The position numbers and the translations under genes are program-made. 64,000 nt of DNA, taken from positions 190,216,001-190,280,000 of the forward strand of contig OX597815.1 of the NCBI GenBank assembly GCA_951406725.2. The letters are read 5' to 3'. Under the pieces are notes generated by a model. That model was not told the DNA's origin, made no database searches, and saw nothing but the letters and a program-made list of their open reading frames with translations. The stretch's first letter is position 1, and each line of letters starts with the position of its first letter. This DNA is from Octopus vulgaris (lineage: Eukaryota). Shown piece after piece: positions 10,947 through 25,123 of the stretch.

Positions 10947-13900
10947 ATTAAGCAATGATAACGAAGATAAACAAAGCAAAAAGATTATAGTACATGGCTT
11001 TAATATCCTTGCAGTATTAACTACTCTGAAGAGGATTTTGAGCTATACAATCAACATAGAATCTAAAACGAATCTATTATGCGGATTCCTTTCTTTTTAT
11101 TATTCTACATGTTGCAACAAGTTAAAATACTATGATCCGTTTAATGGGTGACATTATGTCTGTGGGATGAGAATATGGTCATTTATGCAGAACAAAGAAA
11201 CGGCATGAGATATCCAGATGTGAAATCTTAGTCAGAGATGAAACTGTCCAGTTTAATTTAAATGACATCTTTTAATAGCAAGTATTGATTTATGCGTTCT
11301 TGGAAAAGCTAATTTTCGAGTGTGAAGCAAAAGTATGAGATGAAAAATATCTCTTTACAGATGATTAGAGATTCTAAAAGGAGAGAAAATTAGTTGCTAT
11401 TTTCAATTGTAGTGCCAAAGAAATATTACTCAAATCATTAAGTCTGATATATTGGTAATTATCCAAAATGGTTACTTGGAATCAAAGAGTGCAAGAATTG
11501 TGCCTCAGAGAAGAACTTACATGTACAAAAGGTTTTCATACATCATTTATTCTTGTATAACATTTATTTTCATCTTAGAAATTATACAAAAAGGTGCAGA
11601 ATTTCTGTGAAGTAAAGAAAAGCATCAAATGGAATTAAATGCTCTTTGAAAATTTCACAGTTTATTGGCTTGCAATTATTGCAGATAAACACAGATTATT
11701 TTTAGATGCAAATCCAAAATGTTCATAATACTTCATAATATATAATACAATCATTTATTCTAAGTCTTCAGTCATCTCCTCAATAAATATATCTTTATTG
11801 GTATGTCTTTATTTGTAACTTTCAAAATTCTTCTAAACTTTGAAGGTATTTTTCCAGAAATTTCATGGATAGATCAACATAGAGCATGAGCTAATTTATT
11901 TTGTCTACTCCAGTTCTTCCTATTTTTAAAGTCCAACCATAAACTGACATTTACAACAGCATTCCTATATTCTTATGCCAACTACATTGTTATTTATTGG
12001 TAGCAACTTTCATCACATAAACAATGTTTAATATTCTGCAAAGAACATTTCCAATATCTTGACAAAACCATTTCAATTTATTGGTCAGTTATAAATACAT
12101 TTTATAACATTCAAAGGAGAACATTTCTATATGTTTGAGAGAGTATAGAATTTTTATGACTAGCAGAACATTTCCTTGCAAAATTGATCTTAATTAGAAG
12201 TTCTTAGCCATGTATGGTTAGACGGAAATTCACAATCAGTTACAAAAACATTTTGGTGAAAGTATTATTTCCACAAATATTCGGTACATTAGAAAGAAAA
12301 GAAATATCTTAATTCTTAATTGTTTTGTTTAACTTTGTTGCAATTTTATGGGTGTGTATTTGTGTGTGTGAACATGTGTGTGAATGTGTGTGTGGTTGTG
12401 TGTATCAGACAGAGAGAGAGTGAGAGAGAGAGAGAGATAATGTTGGAGTTTTTCCTAAATTTTAATGACACGTTTTTAACAGATTGCATTTGATAAAGTG
12501 CCAATATTAACCCAAGCCTGAATTTATAATTTCAATCTTACAGCATACTAACCTCTCTCTTTTCTATGGCTCCAGTGTTTATTGCAATGAATAGTGATTT
12601 TTCAGTTAGTTAGACAAAGACTTGGAGACACAGTCCTGTGCTGGTTTTAAAATATGAACCAGAGATTCTTTGGTTAGCAGGATCCTTAAAAACTTACCTA
12701 TCTAATTTTTGAGTAAATCTGAAGAAAGTAGGTATGCTCATGGCTGTCACAGATCCTCAAGACTATCGAAACTCATGCTGACAATATTCCACTTTAAGTA
12801 TTACAAATTGATGGCTACAGGAAAACACACACAGGGAGTATAATTTCAGCAGCTGTTGTGCTGGGGAAGAAAGAAGGACCCCCCTGTCATAGAGTAGAGC
12901 TTCAAGGGAACACTCTATGGATAACAGAAGAAGAGACAAGTGAGTAAAGCGTACTGGGTGTGTCATGAGATCGGCCAGTTCTGAGAAGCAGAGGCCATTG
13001 TTGTAGTAGTGGAAAAGGCAGAGAGAGGAAATGTCACATTTCTGAGTGATTTTATGTATGTTAGTTAAATGGGTTTTTTTTTTTTTTGGTGGGGAGGAAT
13101 CATTCTAGGATGTCCATGTGTAGTTGGAGCAGTATTTTCACAGTTGTAGGAACTGTACTCCTTTGTGAGTTTCACCTGAGCTACACTTCTATTTTTAATA
13201 TCAATCACAAAAGCACTTCAAGTAAGCATTTGATTTATCCCATTTTACTAGCTGTTTTAAATTTCAAATAATGTGGTGAGTATTTAGAAACTGATTTTGA
13301 CACCAATACTTTGAAGATAAAAAGGTCTTAGATGTTAGCTTTTTTTTCCCCTTCTTACTTAGCAATAATTCTGATTCGTCATGCAACTATTTCCTTTGTA
13401 ATTTAATACCAGCTGCAAGTAATAGATAAAGCCATCTGTTATTTAGATCAAGACAGTTTTTAATGTTAAATAGTATTAGCATAAGATAGGATCTCTCTTA
13501 TTTGATCTGTTAATTATTTTATTTGAAGTTAATTATCATTATTTAAGATGGAGTTAATTATTATTTAAAACAGAATTCAGTTTTGAGGATAAAAAACACG
13601 CTTCATATTTTTCTTTCTCTTTTTTATTCTTCAATATGATAAAAATTTGGCTGTTGTTATGAAAACTTTGTGATAAGAATCACAGGGGTTTCAGCCAAGT
13701 GAATAAATAGCAGCTTCGTTAGTAGTATCGAAATTAAGGTAATTAAAAATATCATAAAGAATAGTAACGATAAACTGAGCTAAGAACTTCCAGACTTGTC
13801 TTTCTTTAAATTTGCTTCAAGATGTAAAAGTCTAAAAGGTATTCTCTACTAATAACCAAAAATTGTTTTTTAACCCACTGCTTATTCTTTATAACCTAGC

Positions 13901-14429
13901 TCCATGATATAAGTTAATATAATGAAAGTAAATTAATATATCGTTAGTCTGTCGCAGAACATGTAAGAATCATTGAATATTATACAATGAAAATAGCAAG
14001 ACCCTCAGCAAGCCTTCTTATTGTAACAATGAAACATAATTGAATCAGCTGATGTCAATTATGAGTATTTATTACTTCTTTATTGAATATGAAAGAGAAT
14101 TGTCCATCAAAAGACATGGTACTTCGTATATATCAGAATTCTTACAAAATCTATCAAATACATGTATGCATGTATGTGTGTGTGTGTGTCTTTCTGTGTG
14201 TGTATGTATGTATGTATGTATGTATGTATGTATGTATGTATGTATGTATGTATGTGTGTATGTATGTGTGTATGTATGTCATTATTTAGTTTTATTTCAA
14301 GATTTCTTGCCAATAGAGAAAGAATGGAGTGCCACATATCAGGGAAGAACAGACTTCACCAAACTTGTTGAAGTAGCAATGGAAACATCAGTTAGTAAGG
14401 GTAAATAATTGTATGCTGCTTGCTTTATT

Positions 14430-14727
14430 TATTTATGCCCCCTTTTCAAGCCTAGCCAGGCTCATGGGCCCGGTTTCCCAGTTTCTGTGGCATATGTGTT
14501 CCCCCCAGCTGGACGGGACGCCAGTCCATCACAGCGTTACTCAAGAAACAGGAAGAGAGAGTGAGAGAAAGTTGGGGGTGAAAGAGTACAACAGGGGTCA
14601 CCACCAGCCCCTGCCGGAACCTCATGGATCTTTAGGTGTTTTCGCTCAATAAACACACAACACCCAGTCGGGGAATCGAAACCGACCACGAGTCCACTGC
14701 CCTAACCACTGGGCCATTGCACCTCCT
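14430..14727 (-). mobile_element. tRNA-derived SINE family 5 (related to 40165-40478)
   Basis: Head ggcccagtggttagggcagtggactcgtggtc..gtttcgattccc; body gatggactggcgtcccgtccag. Confidence 0.8.
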
Positions 14728-15324
14728 GCTGCTTGCTTAGGTAAAATAGAATTGTTAAGTACTTGAGAACATATTTAGAAGAATGTCACTCAGCACATGT
14801 ACATTCAAAATGTCTGATGAAAATTTGAGTTCATTGAAACATCTAAACCAGCAGCAAAACATGGAGATAAAAGAAAACATACAGCGAATCATGGAATATC
14901 AATATATAAATAGCAGAAAGCTTGGTACATCTTCTCTGCAGATACAAAATCTGTAGATATTTTGGAAGATTTCAGCATCCTCTTGAACAATTTTCAACCA
15001 ACTCTGATATTCACATTTCATGTTATAATGCTATTCAAAAATAATACCAACATCACAACATCATAAAGACATAGATATATATCATAAGTAGATATGTATC
15101 ATAAATAGATATATATCATAAAGACGTAGATACACATTAGGACCTGAACTTTGAATCATACCATGCTGCACAAACAAAATGTAACACCCCGTTTTGCTTA
15201 GAGAGGAAAATTTGTACTACGGTTGATGTTGCAGATAACAAGAAGCAAACAACTCTCAGAACTCAAAGAATTTCTACTCAAGCAAAAATATTCACCCTTA
15301 CCAATAGAAAATGGTACACAACAT

Positions 15325-15575
15325 TATCATCATCATCGTCGTCATTTAATGTCCACTTTCCATGCCAGCATGGGTTGGACAGTTTGACTGAGGACTGGCA
15401 AGCCAGAAGGCTGCACCAGGTTCCAATCCGATCTGGCAATGTTTCTACAGCTGGATGAGAGTGTAGTGGGTGCTTTTATGTACCATTGGCACGAGTGCGA
15501 GTCGGGTGGTACTGGCAATGGCCATGCTCCCAGTACTGCCTCACTGGCCCTCGTGCCGGAGGCACGTAAAAGCAA
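15325..15575 (-). mobile_element. Family 3 repeat
   Basis: (CAT)n followed by ttccatgccagcatgggttggac. Confidence 0.8.
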
Positions 15576-15820
<245 letters not shown>

Positions 15821-17083
15821 ACACCACTAATGAATCTCCACTTTGCCATTCTATGCATTACTTGATCGCAATTCTTTGAGTGTAATTGTGTGTGTGTGTG
15901 TGTGCCTGTTGTTGATCAATTCAGATTACACCATCAGACTTTCCCCATCGCATCCTATCACACTATTTACCTCCTTCTTGGTCTTCCTCACATCTTAACG
16001 CCCTCTTCACTGCACTACATCTCTCATTCGCTCCACTACTTCTTCATCTACTCCTTGTCTCCATCTTTTAACCTGTTCACTTTTTCTTCCCTTTCACCAT
16101 CTCCTACATTATTTTACTAATATTTCAAAGCATCTATGCTTGAAACTTTAGACATTTTTCATTGCTCGTAACAGCCAAACTTACCAATTACCAAGCTTTA
16201 TGGAACCTTTTGACAGTGTCTGCTTCTCCAATATCTCAAATGGGATTAGCAATTTTCATCTTGTACTCGTTAAGTCAAATCAAAAACGACTGCATCACTC
16301 TGATCAGGAAAGTCCCAAAATGGTATCCATAGCTATGACAAAAATTTTATCTGCTAAAAATGGTAAACCCATTATTAAGGCTCTCTTGGGATTTTACACA
16401 ACAGGACCTGTAATTATATCTGTAGGCATCTCTGGATGATAGAAGTATGAAGAGCAAATCAATCATTCTATGAAATGCTAACCTGTCTGGTAAAGATAAA
16501 TGGATTAACAGATTATCCTTTAAGACTCAGTTTAAGACCTGAGCAGTGATTCTTCAAGTAATAGACAGACAGACAGATAGATAGATACATACATACATAT
16601 ATAAATATACATCCTCAAGCACATACACATACTCACACACACAGATGTATATGCATATATATACATATACACACATGCATTAACATACACAGATGAAGAT
16701 ATATTATATATGAGCAAAACGCCCACCCACCCACCGTCCGATGAACAGTGCTGAGTTGTCAAACATCTAAGCCAAATTTTCTCAAAGCAACTTGTCCGAC
16801 CGTCCCATAGGCCTCCCCTTTGAGAAACACTGATTTAACCTAAATTTGAGACACCAGCAAAAGAAGAAATAAAGATAGACTTTTTTCTATTCCAAGAAAA
16901 ACGATTTTACAAATGCACGTTCCCACGGCTTTATCGATCGCATACTCACCTGGAATTGATTTTTGTAATTTTTTCCAAGACTTATACATGCCCTGATACC
17001 GTCGGTATCTACATATCAAATTTGAATGCAATTGGATGCCTGAGAGCCTAGAAGACATACACACAGACTGACAGAATGGATTT

Positions 17084-17122
<39 letters not shown>

Positions 17123-17539
17123 GTGTATGTTTGAGTATGCACACAACATCATCATCATCATCAAGGTCATTGTTTCCTTCATCATTTTAACATCAACTTT
17201 TCTATGCTTGTAAAAGTCAGATGGAATTCATTGAAGCAGATATTTCCTACGACTGGATGCCCAGCCTATTACCAAGCTTCCACCAGTTTCCAAGCAACAG
17301 AATATTTCTCCAGGGTCAAACATGCTTTCACAGAACACTGAAAATAAACAAACCTTCTTCTGTGACAGAGATGCTTAATAAGAATTGTCACATAACATTA
17401 GAACAAGAAGACACAAACACATGGAAGACAATAGGCTTCTTTCAGTTTCTGTGTACCAAATCCACTCACAAGATTTCTTTTGGTTCAGGGCTATAGTAGA
17501 AGATTCTTGCACAAGTTGCTAGGCAGTGGCACTAAATCC

Positions 17540-18205
17540 AAAGGTCTTGGTCAATTGTCATTGCCTCTGTGATGTCCAACATTCGAAGATCATGCTTCAC
17601 AAGCTGGCCCTATGTCTTCTTGGGTCTACCTCTTCCACAGGTTCCTTTCACTGTTACAGTGTGTGACACATTTTCACACAGCTGTCGTCATCCATATGCA
17701 TACAGCTGTCGTCATCCATATGCAACACCTGACCATACCAGCACAGTCGTCTCTCTTGCACACCACATCTGATGCTACTTATGTCCAACTTTTCTCTCAG
17801 GATGGTTACATTTTGTTGTGCATGCACACTGATATTACACATCCAGTGGAGCATACCATCTCCATTTCTTACAACCCTATGCATGTCCTCAGCAGCCACA
17901 GCCCATGTTTCACTGGCAAGTAGCATGGCTGTTCACACACAGGCATCACACAGTCTGCCTTCCACTCTGAGCAAGCATCCCTTTGTTACCAGCAGAGGTA
18001 GGAGCACTCTGAACTTTGCCCTGCCTATTCTTATCCAAGCAACTATGCCCTCAGAGCATTCCTTTCCCCCCGCTACTGATTTGGTCACCTAGGTGACAGA
18101 AGCTATCACCTACTTCTAGCTTTTCCTGCAGGCATGCGATGGAATCTATTTTCTGTACATTTTTAGCATTCATTATGCCTGTGCACCTTCCACAACCAAA
18201 AAGTA
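17540..18205 (-). mobile_element. RTE-clade LINE fragment (RT thumb/C-terminal pseudogene), family A
   Basis: LEVGDSFCHLGDQISSGG..MLLASETWAV..MLHWMCNIS..LREKLDI..ERRLCWYGQVLHMDD..GRGRPKKT. Confidence 0.88.
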
Positions 18206-18209
18206 CATG

Positions 18210-18652
18210 CTGTGTGGCAAGTAACTTGCTTACCAACCATATGGTTCCAGGTTCAGTCCCACTGCATGACACCTTGGCCAAGTGTCTTTTACTATAGCCT
18301 CGGGCTGACCAAAGCCTTGTGAGTGGATTTGGTAGACAGAAACTGAAAGAAGCCTGTTATATATATGCATATATATATTTATATATGTATATATGTGTGT
18401 GTGTGTGTGTGTGTTTGTGTGTGTGTATGTGTGTGTGTGTATGTTTGTGTGACTGTGTTTGTCCCTCCCAACATCGCTTGACAACTGATGCTGGTGTGTT
18501 TACACCCCCATAACTTAGCGGTTCGGCAAAAGAAACTGATAGAATAAGTACTAGGCTTACAAAGAATAAGTCCTGGGATCAATTTGCTCGACTAAAGGCG
18601 GTGCTCCAGCATGGCCACAGTCAAATGACTGAAACAAGTAAAAGAGTAAAAG
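18210..18652 (+). mobile_element. SINE family 1, near full length
   Basis: Homology to 7089-7510. Confidence 0.92.
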
Positions 18653-19589
18653 TGCACACACACACACACACTCACACACATACACACACTCACATACGTA
18701 CATACATACACTCACACACATACACACACTCACACACATACATACATAAATACATACATATATATACATGCATGCATACATACATACATACATACATACA
18801 TACATACATACATGCATGCATAATATTCTGATCATCTTAAAATGCCTCAGAACCAATACAATTAAACCAAATCGAAATTTGCTATTTTTTTTTCCCCCTG
18901 CTTTATATTTCAACAACAATTTCTTCGGAATTAAAGAAACTATATAAAAATTCACTAAGTGCCAAATATTTCAGGACTGTCAATAATATAATATCTAAGA
19001 CAGTAAAGAAGACAAAAAAAAAAAACAAAACAAAAAAACTATCTATATATTCACAGCATCAAAAGAGAAAGAGAAAAATAGAGATATTTCAAGAAATATC
19101 ATTGAAATGCTAACAGTTAATATTTCTTTAAATTCTTCTCTGTTACTCTAAATACACCCACACATATGAATGAATCTTTCATTCCATAAAAGTATGATTA
19201 ATCATTTCGCAGAAGAATATGTGTAGCAGACATTTTCAATAAACTAACTGATCCAAGAAAGTATTAGATAAACCATTAATAGCTTGGAATTATACAGCTG
19301 AATAGAATATTACACTCCTATTTCTTAATGTTTCCTTCAAATTATTCATGGTTTTTTTTTTTTTAACATTTCTAATAAAAATTTTTTTGATATTTTTTTT
19401 TGTTAATAACTATTAACAGACGGTATCAGAGTGCACGGGAGTTGTTGTTGTTTTTTTTCCTTTCCTTTTCTAAGCATTAACGAACTAAAATATCCCATTG
19501 CTTCTGGAATGATGCATTCTTATGGTTTCCAACTTAGATTCCATCCCTCGGTGTTCGTACAAATCTAATGGTTATTTGTCCTCACCCAT

Positions 19590-19593
19590 GATA

Positions 19594-19631
<38 letters not shown>

Positions 19632-19697
19632 ACATCATCAACATCATCATCATCGTCGTCGTCGTCATCGTCGGCGGCGGCGGCGGCGTCATCATCA

Positions 19698-19728
<31 letters not shown>

Positions 19729-19990
19729 TTATCATCATCATCGTCACCGTCATCATCCTCGTCATCGTCATCATTTAACATCCATTTCCCATGCTGGCAT
19801 GAGCTGGACAGTTTGACAGGAGATGAAAAGCCAGAGAGCTGCACCAGGCACCAGTTGTCTGTTTTAGTCAGCTTCCTGTGACTGGCTGCCCTTCCTAGTG
19901 TCAACCCTTTTACAAAGTGTACTGAGTGCTTTTTCTTTTTTCTATGGTACCAGCACAGATGCTTTTTTTTTTTATATGGAACCATAACAA
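19590..19990 (-). mobile_element. Old family 3 repeat with expanded (CAT/CGT/CGG)n tail
   Basis: tttaacatccatttcccatgctggcatgagctggac after a long (CAT)n. Confidence 0.7.
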
Positions 19991-20094
19991 GTGCTTTTTA
20001 CACACCTTGTGTATTTCCTTCCAAGACTTTCTCTCATGCTCTGCAAGTTTGCTCAGTGCCAAACAGAACTGTGTAAACTACAGCTTCACTCACT

Positions 20095-20790
20095 CCTAGC
20101 AGAAATGTTAGCACGCCGGGCAAAGTGCTTAGTGGTATTTCGTCTGCCATTACATTCTGAGTTCAAATTCCGCCGAGGTCGACTTTGCTTTTCATCCTTT
20201 CGGGGTTGATTAAATAAGTACCAGTTATACACTGCGGTCGATGTTATCGACTTAATCCATTTGTCTGTCCTTGTTTGTCCCCCTCTATGTTTAGCCCCCT
20301 GTGGGCAATAAAGAAATAAACATTTTCTAATCCTAAGGCAGTGAGCTGGCACAGACGTTAGCACACCAGGCGAAATGCTTAGCGGTATTTTGTCTGCTGT
20401 TACGTTCTGAGTTCTAATTCCGCTGAGGTCGACTTTGCCTTTCATCCTTTCAGGGTCGATTAATTAAGTACCAATTATGCACTGGGGTCGATGTTATCGA
20501 CTTGATCACTTTGTCTCTCCTTATTTATCCCCTCTATGTTTAGCCCCTTGTGGGCAATTAAGAAATAAGAAACGTTAGTACACCAGGCGAAATGCTTAGC
20601 AGTATTTCGTCTGCCATTGCGTTCTGAGTTCAAATTCTGCCGAGGTCGACTTTGCCTTTGATCCTTTCGGGGCTGATTAATTAATAACCAGTTATGCACT
20701 GGGGTTGATGTTATCAGCTTAATCACTTTGTCTCTCCTTGTTTGTCCCCTCTATGTTTAGCTCCCTGTAGGTAATAAATAAATAAATATT
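20095..20790 (+). mobile_element. Three head-to-tail SINE family 2 (Meta-like) copies
   Basis: Repeated gttcaaattccgccgaggtcgactttgcctttcatcc units. Confidence 0.9.
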
Positions 20791-21024
20791 AGAATGCTAT
20801 GCAGCACTCTAGTGAAATGCATATCAGTTTATCCACTGCATCTAATATTCAAAGAATGTGATTTATATTCATCTTTACAAAGTGCAGCATCTTCATACCA
20901 TGCATCTAATGCTCACAGAATGTGAATTATCATATATGGGGGTTTAAAAGACATGCATGTAAATTAGATGCATCTCAGTTTCAACAGTGCATTATTCGGG
21001 AATAAAGATTTATAGTTCATTGAC

Positions 21025-21665
21025 CCCTTTAACATTTAAATCAGCCACATCAAAAAATCAAAATCAAAATCAAATCAGATATCAGAAAGCAGAACCAAAA
21101 TCGAAGTTGATCAACATCAATGGAAATTGCGGCTGTGATACCAGTGCCGGTGACAAGTAAGCGAACCATCCGATTGTGGCCGTTGCCAGCACCGCCCCGA
21201 CTGGCCTCCGTGCCGGTGGCACATAAAAGCACCATCCGTTCGTGGCCGTTTGCCAGCACCGCCTGGCACCTGTGCGGGTGGCACGTAAAAAGCACCCACT
21301 ACACTCACGGAGTGGTTGGCGATAGGAAGGGCATCCAGCCATAGAAACACTGCCAGATCAGACTGGGCCTGATGCAGCCTTCTGGCTTCACAGACCCCAG
21401 TTGAACCGTCCAACTCATGCTAGCATGGAAAACGGATGCTAAATGAGGATGATGATGATGATGATGACATTCAACCCCAAATTTTCTACTTGTTTTATAT
21501 TCTAACAAACTAGATGTGGCTTCTCACACCTACCCTACAATGTCATTCATAACATAAACAATTACATCAGTGAAATCTCAAAGCTACAGTTTAATGAATG
21601 CTTAATTAAAAGTAATGTGAAAGAACATATAGTACATTTGGCAGAGTAATCTAAATGTTAAAGGG
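21025..21665. mobile_element. piggyBac-like MITE interrupted by a family 3 repeat (+, ~21050-21467)
   Basis: TIRs ccctttaacattta / taaatgttaaaggg followed by TTAA; related sequence at ~2830-3030. Confidence 0.65.
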
Positions 21666-21859
21666 TTAAATCTTACGGGAGGTCCAACTTCATATGTAAG
21701 ACTTCACAGTGTCTGAACAGTCCAAAATTGAACAGTCCAAACCAAGAGAACTTGTATTTCTTGTTTGCTTTATTAACATGAGACACTGTAAAACACTGCA
21801 AATGAGACCTTGTGCAGACAATTTGCTGATAGACAATTCACCAATAGACAATTCCCACA

Positions 21860-21971
21860 TGGCCTCATCAAGGAGGCCAGCATCAAGTGTCTGGAGGAGG
21901 TTCTGCTGCCCTGGGTCAAGAAGGTAGCAGCTGGAACACCCTATGTCTTGCAGCAGGACTTTGCATCATAC
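21860..21971 (+). pseudogene. Tc1/mariner-superfamily transposase fragment
   Basis: IKCLEEVLLPWVKKVAAGTPYVLQQDFA resembles the region around the second catalytic D (QQD.AP.H). Confidence 0.65.
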
Positions 21972-22203
21972 CTATTTCTTTACGACCCACAAGGCTAAAC
22001 ACAGAGGAGACAAACAAGGACAGACAGACGGAATTAGTTGATTATATCGACCCCAGTGCATAACTGGTACTTAATTTATCGACCCCGAAAGGATGAAAGG
22101 CGAAGTCGACCTCGGCGGAATTACTCAGAATGTAACAGCAGACGAAATACTGCTAAGCATTTCGCCCCGGCATGCTAACGTTTCTGCCAGCTTGCCGCCT
22201 TAT
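21972..22203 (-). mobile_element. SINE family 2 with 17-bp TSD
   Basis: aggactttgcatcatac / aggactttgcaacatac flanks. Confidence 0.9.
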
Positions 22204-22975
22204 AGGACTTTGCAACATACCACAGAATTGTCCTGTCTGTAAGTTGTCTGTCGGCCAACTGTCTGTCCATGAATTGTCTGTCTACCAAACAAGACATGAA
22301 CCACTGACCATTCTACCAGGAGTCTACTGAGCCAGCAATATCTGCAGCTACATTATTGATTGTTAGAAATTACACAACGCATCTGAATAGTATAAAGCAA
22401 TCCAACTTTATTTTTGTTTCTTTTGTAAGTCTTTGTTCTTTTCTGTTAAACATTTTCAGTAAGATGACAAATTTTTCCTGTTTTTCTCTTTCAATTTTCT
22501 TTTTGTTATCTCCTCTGTTAATGTGCACCACCAGAAGATTTAATCTCTTTTCTTGCCACAGTGATGTCTAAACTCTTTCCACAAACAGGTACACAAAGTC
22601 ATTTCAGTACAGTGATGCATGGAGATATTGAAGTTATAATACTATCATTAAAAGTTTTAAATCTTTTTACTTCATAACTGTGTTTTATTGTGAGCCACAA
22701 AGCTCCTGGAAACATTTTTTAAGCTTCTTATAATTTTCTATAGGAAGATAAGAAATTGATGCAGAAATTTTTTTAAGGATGATAAAGTATAGATCTAGTA
22801 AACATACACTGTCTTGTACATTAAAGGAAACTGAATAAATATTGTATTATTTTTAATCCTTAGCTATATACATACAGGCATAGATGCACACACAGACACA
22901 CACACACACACATTCATACGTGCATAGAGAAATGCATATTTATATATATATGTATGTATATACACACACACACAT

Positions 22976-23014
<39 letters not shown>

Positions 23015-23639
23015 CCCATGGCAGCATGGAAAACTGACGTTAAGCGATGAAGATAGTGATGATGATATATATACATAAATATATATATATACATGTGTAT
23101 ATACACACACACACACATTCATACAAATATATATATATATATATATATAATCCATGGCAGCATGGAAAACTATGAAGATGATGATGATGATGATATATAT
23201 ATATGTATACATGTGCGTATACACACACGCCCACACACTCATGTATATGTGTGTATAGCTACAGACACAATGGGCAAAACACTATTCAATAACAAAGCAG
23301 GGAGTAATTTTTTTTTTCTATTGTAGAAGCTGACACCTCACATCTGGTTATCTGAATTTCAGTCTTTTGCTCATCAGATAGGATAGTGCAGTGTAAGTGA
23401 TCAGTTATTTAGAATAAATAGCACAGGGACTAGAGAAAAGCTTCTGGGTAAGAGAAGCAGGTAGAAAGTGAAGAAGAAAAAACAAAAAAAGATCTGTGCA
23501 TTTTGTCATAACGAGGAAATAAGTATAAAGGATGTTTTCTGTTGGAATTGAAATTAAAACTGAAAATCTGAGAGTGAGTTAATAAACTGCAAATTTGTAA
23601 AATTGCAAATTGCACATATGTAAACAAACATAGGTTTCT

Positions 23640-23745
23640 ATATTATTTACATTTGAAGGATAATTGTCCTCATCTTGTCTGTTGTTAACACAATATTTCA
23701 GCTGATGTATTCTCCAGCCTTCATCAGGTGTCTCAGGGAAATTTC
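23640..23745 (-). mobile_element. Fragment of HHR-bearing element (same family as 46264-46450 and 48505-48674)
   Basis: Minus strand gacac CTGATGA a ggctg..cagct GAAA ta T T gtgtt at 23687-23732. Confidence 0.8.
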
Positions 23746-23749
23746 TGTA

Positions 23750-23940
23750 CAGCATAGTGGTAAATGTGGCTAACCCTTAAGGGTTGATGCTACTGCAGCT
23801 TGTAGCCCCAGGAAGACATTTCGTCCAGCTGGCTATTGACACACTTTCTGTGCCCTATCAGTATTTGCAAAGGGAAATCATCTTTCCCATCTCCAGCCTG
23901 ACGTGATACACATGGACCCAAGTTTCCGGGTATTGACCCA
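23750..23940 (-). mobile_element. Truncated member of the ~360-bp retrozyme-like family with the 3' half of an HHR
   Basis: Shares gacaca..tgtg(t/c)cc and aggga motifs with the 35086 and 50770 elements; minus strand gggt caat accc g GAAA cttgg GTC. Confidence 0.55.
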
Positions 23941-24479
23941 GTTTTGAACTCTAATAATGAACTTCTCTGTATTTTCCTGCACAAGTTCTAATATTTACTA
24001 AAAACTTAGAAACAAGATCTGACTAAAACTAATTCAATAAATATGATAAGGGCGATAAAAGATAACATCCAATCACCATACCTCATTTCTAACACATTGA
24101 TTTTTCCTATTCCCTTCTCTTAGCCATTCCCTGTTTTTTCAGATTTTACTTTTCTTGAATTTCATTGCCTCTTGATACCCCCAATTCCTCCCTCAGCTCA
24201 ATCCTCTCCACTAGAATAAAGCCTTACATTTCTATCAACAAAGCCACCCAATTAACACCAGAAAAATAATTTTCATGCCTTTTGAAAGTGTTGCATGCTG
24301 ATCAACTTACAAAAATTTTTAGATTCTTAAGATTCATTTGAGCACATACAATTATAAATAGCCACAATTAATTTCACAGCATTTAAAATTATTATATTTG
24401 CTGTCAAAACCTTTATCATATTCATAGAAATAATTTACTTAAGCTGGGTTATGTTGTGTATAATTTTCAACAAATATCC

Positions 24480-25123
24480 GTACTTTTGGATGCACAGACC
24501 ATGGAATTCAAACAATTATATCTTCCATACTCTCAACAATGAGCCCTTAAATATGGTTTCTGATTACAAATATCTTGGGTCATACAGATCATCATCTGGA
24601 AAAGATTTTCTAACTAGAAAGGGTATGGCCTGGTCAGTCTGTAATGACATGTACAAGATCTGGTCATCAAATCTAAGTAGAGACTTCAAACTTGAAATCT
24701 TCAAAGCCACAGTCGAACCAATTCTACTATAAGGCTCAGAAACCTGGACGTTATCAAAGAAACTTGAGATGGAACCTACACTCGCCTCCTTATGAGAGCT
24801 CAAAATCTCTCGTGGAAGTGTCATCCAACCAAAGTACAAATATATGGGAAACTACCACCTGTGTCATCTCTTGTGAAAGGTAGGAGAGTCCAGTTTGCTG
24901 GACATTGTTGTAGAGCGGAAAACGAGGCAATTTCTACCCTTCTCCTCTGGAAGCCATCTCTACTTGCAATATCAGAGGGCGCGCACTCTCCTACCCTGAT
25001 GTAATCTCCAGGGATACAGGCATCCAGCAACAGGACCTCCGTAATGCTATGATGGACTGTGAAGTCTGGCATAGCATGGTAAATTCCATTGTCTCGACTA
25101 CGGTCGAACAATGATGATGATGA
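24480..25123 (+). mobile_element. 5'-truncated RTE-type LINE, family B, with (GAT)n tail
   Basis: VSDYKYLGS..FKATVEPILL*GSETWTL..RRVQFAGHCCRAE..LLLWKP..YPDVISRDTG..NAMMD. Confidence 0.88.

Noticed and set aside
11020-11095. HHR-like ctgaaga with ggatttt/agaatct and gaatc/gattc stems
   Set aside because: No GAAA, no UH in place and no stem I; at best a very old relic
12700-13040. Unique, less AT-rich stretch suggestive of an exon
   Set aside because: No recognisable protein and no splice-bounded open frame that I could support
14808-14850. ctgatga..gaaacat motif
   Set aside because: Stems I and III do not pair convincingly
23348-23384. Minus-strand ctgatga..gaaa motif
   Set aside because: No stem II or III; the apparent pairing involves the core itself
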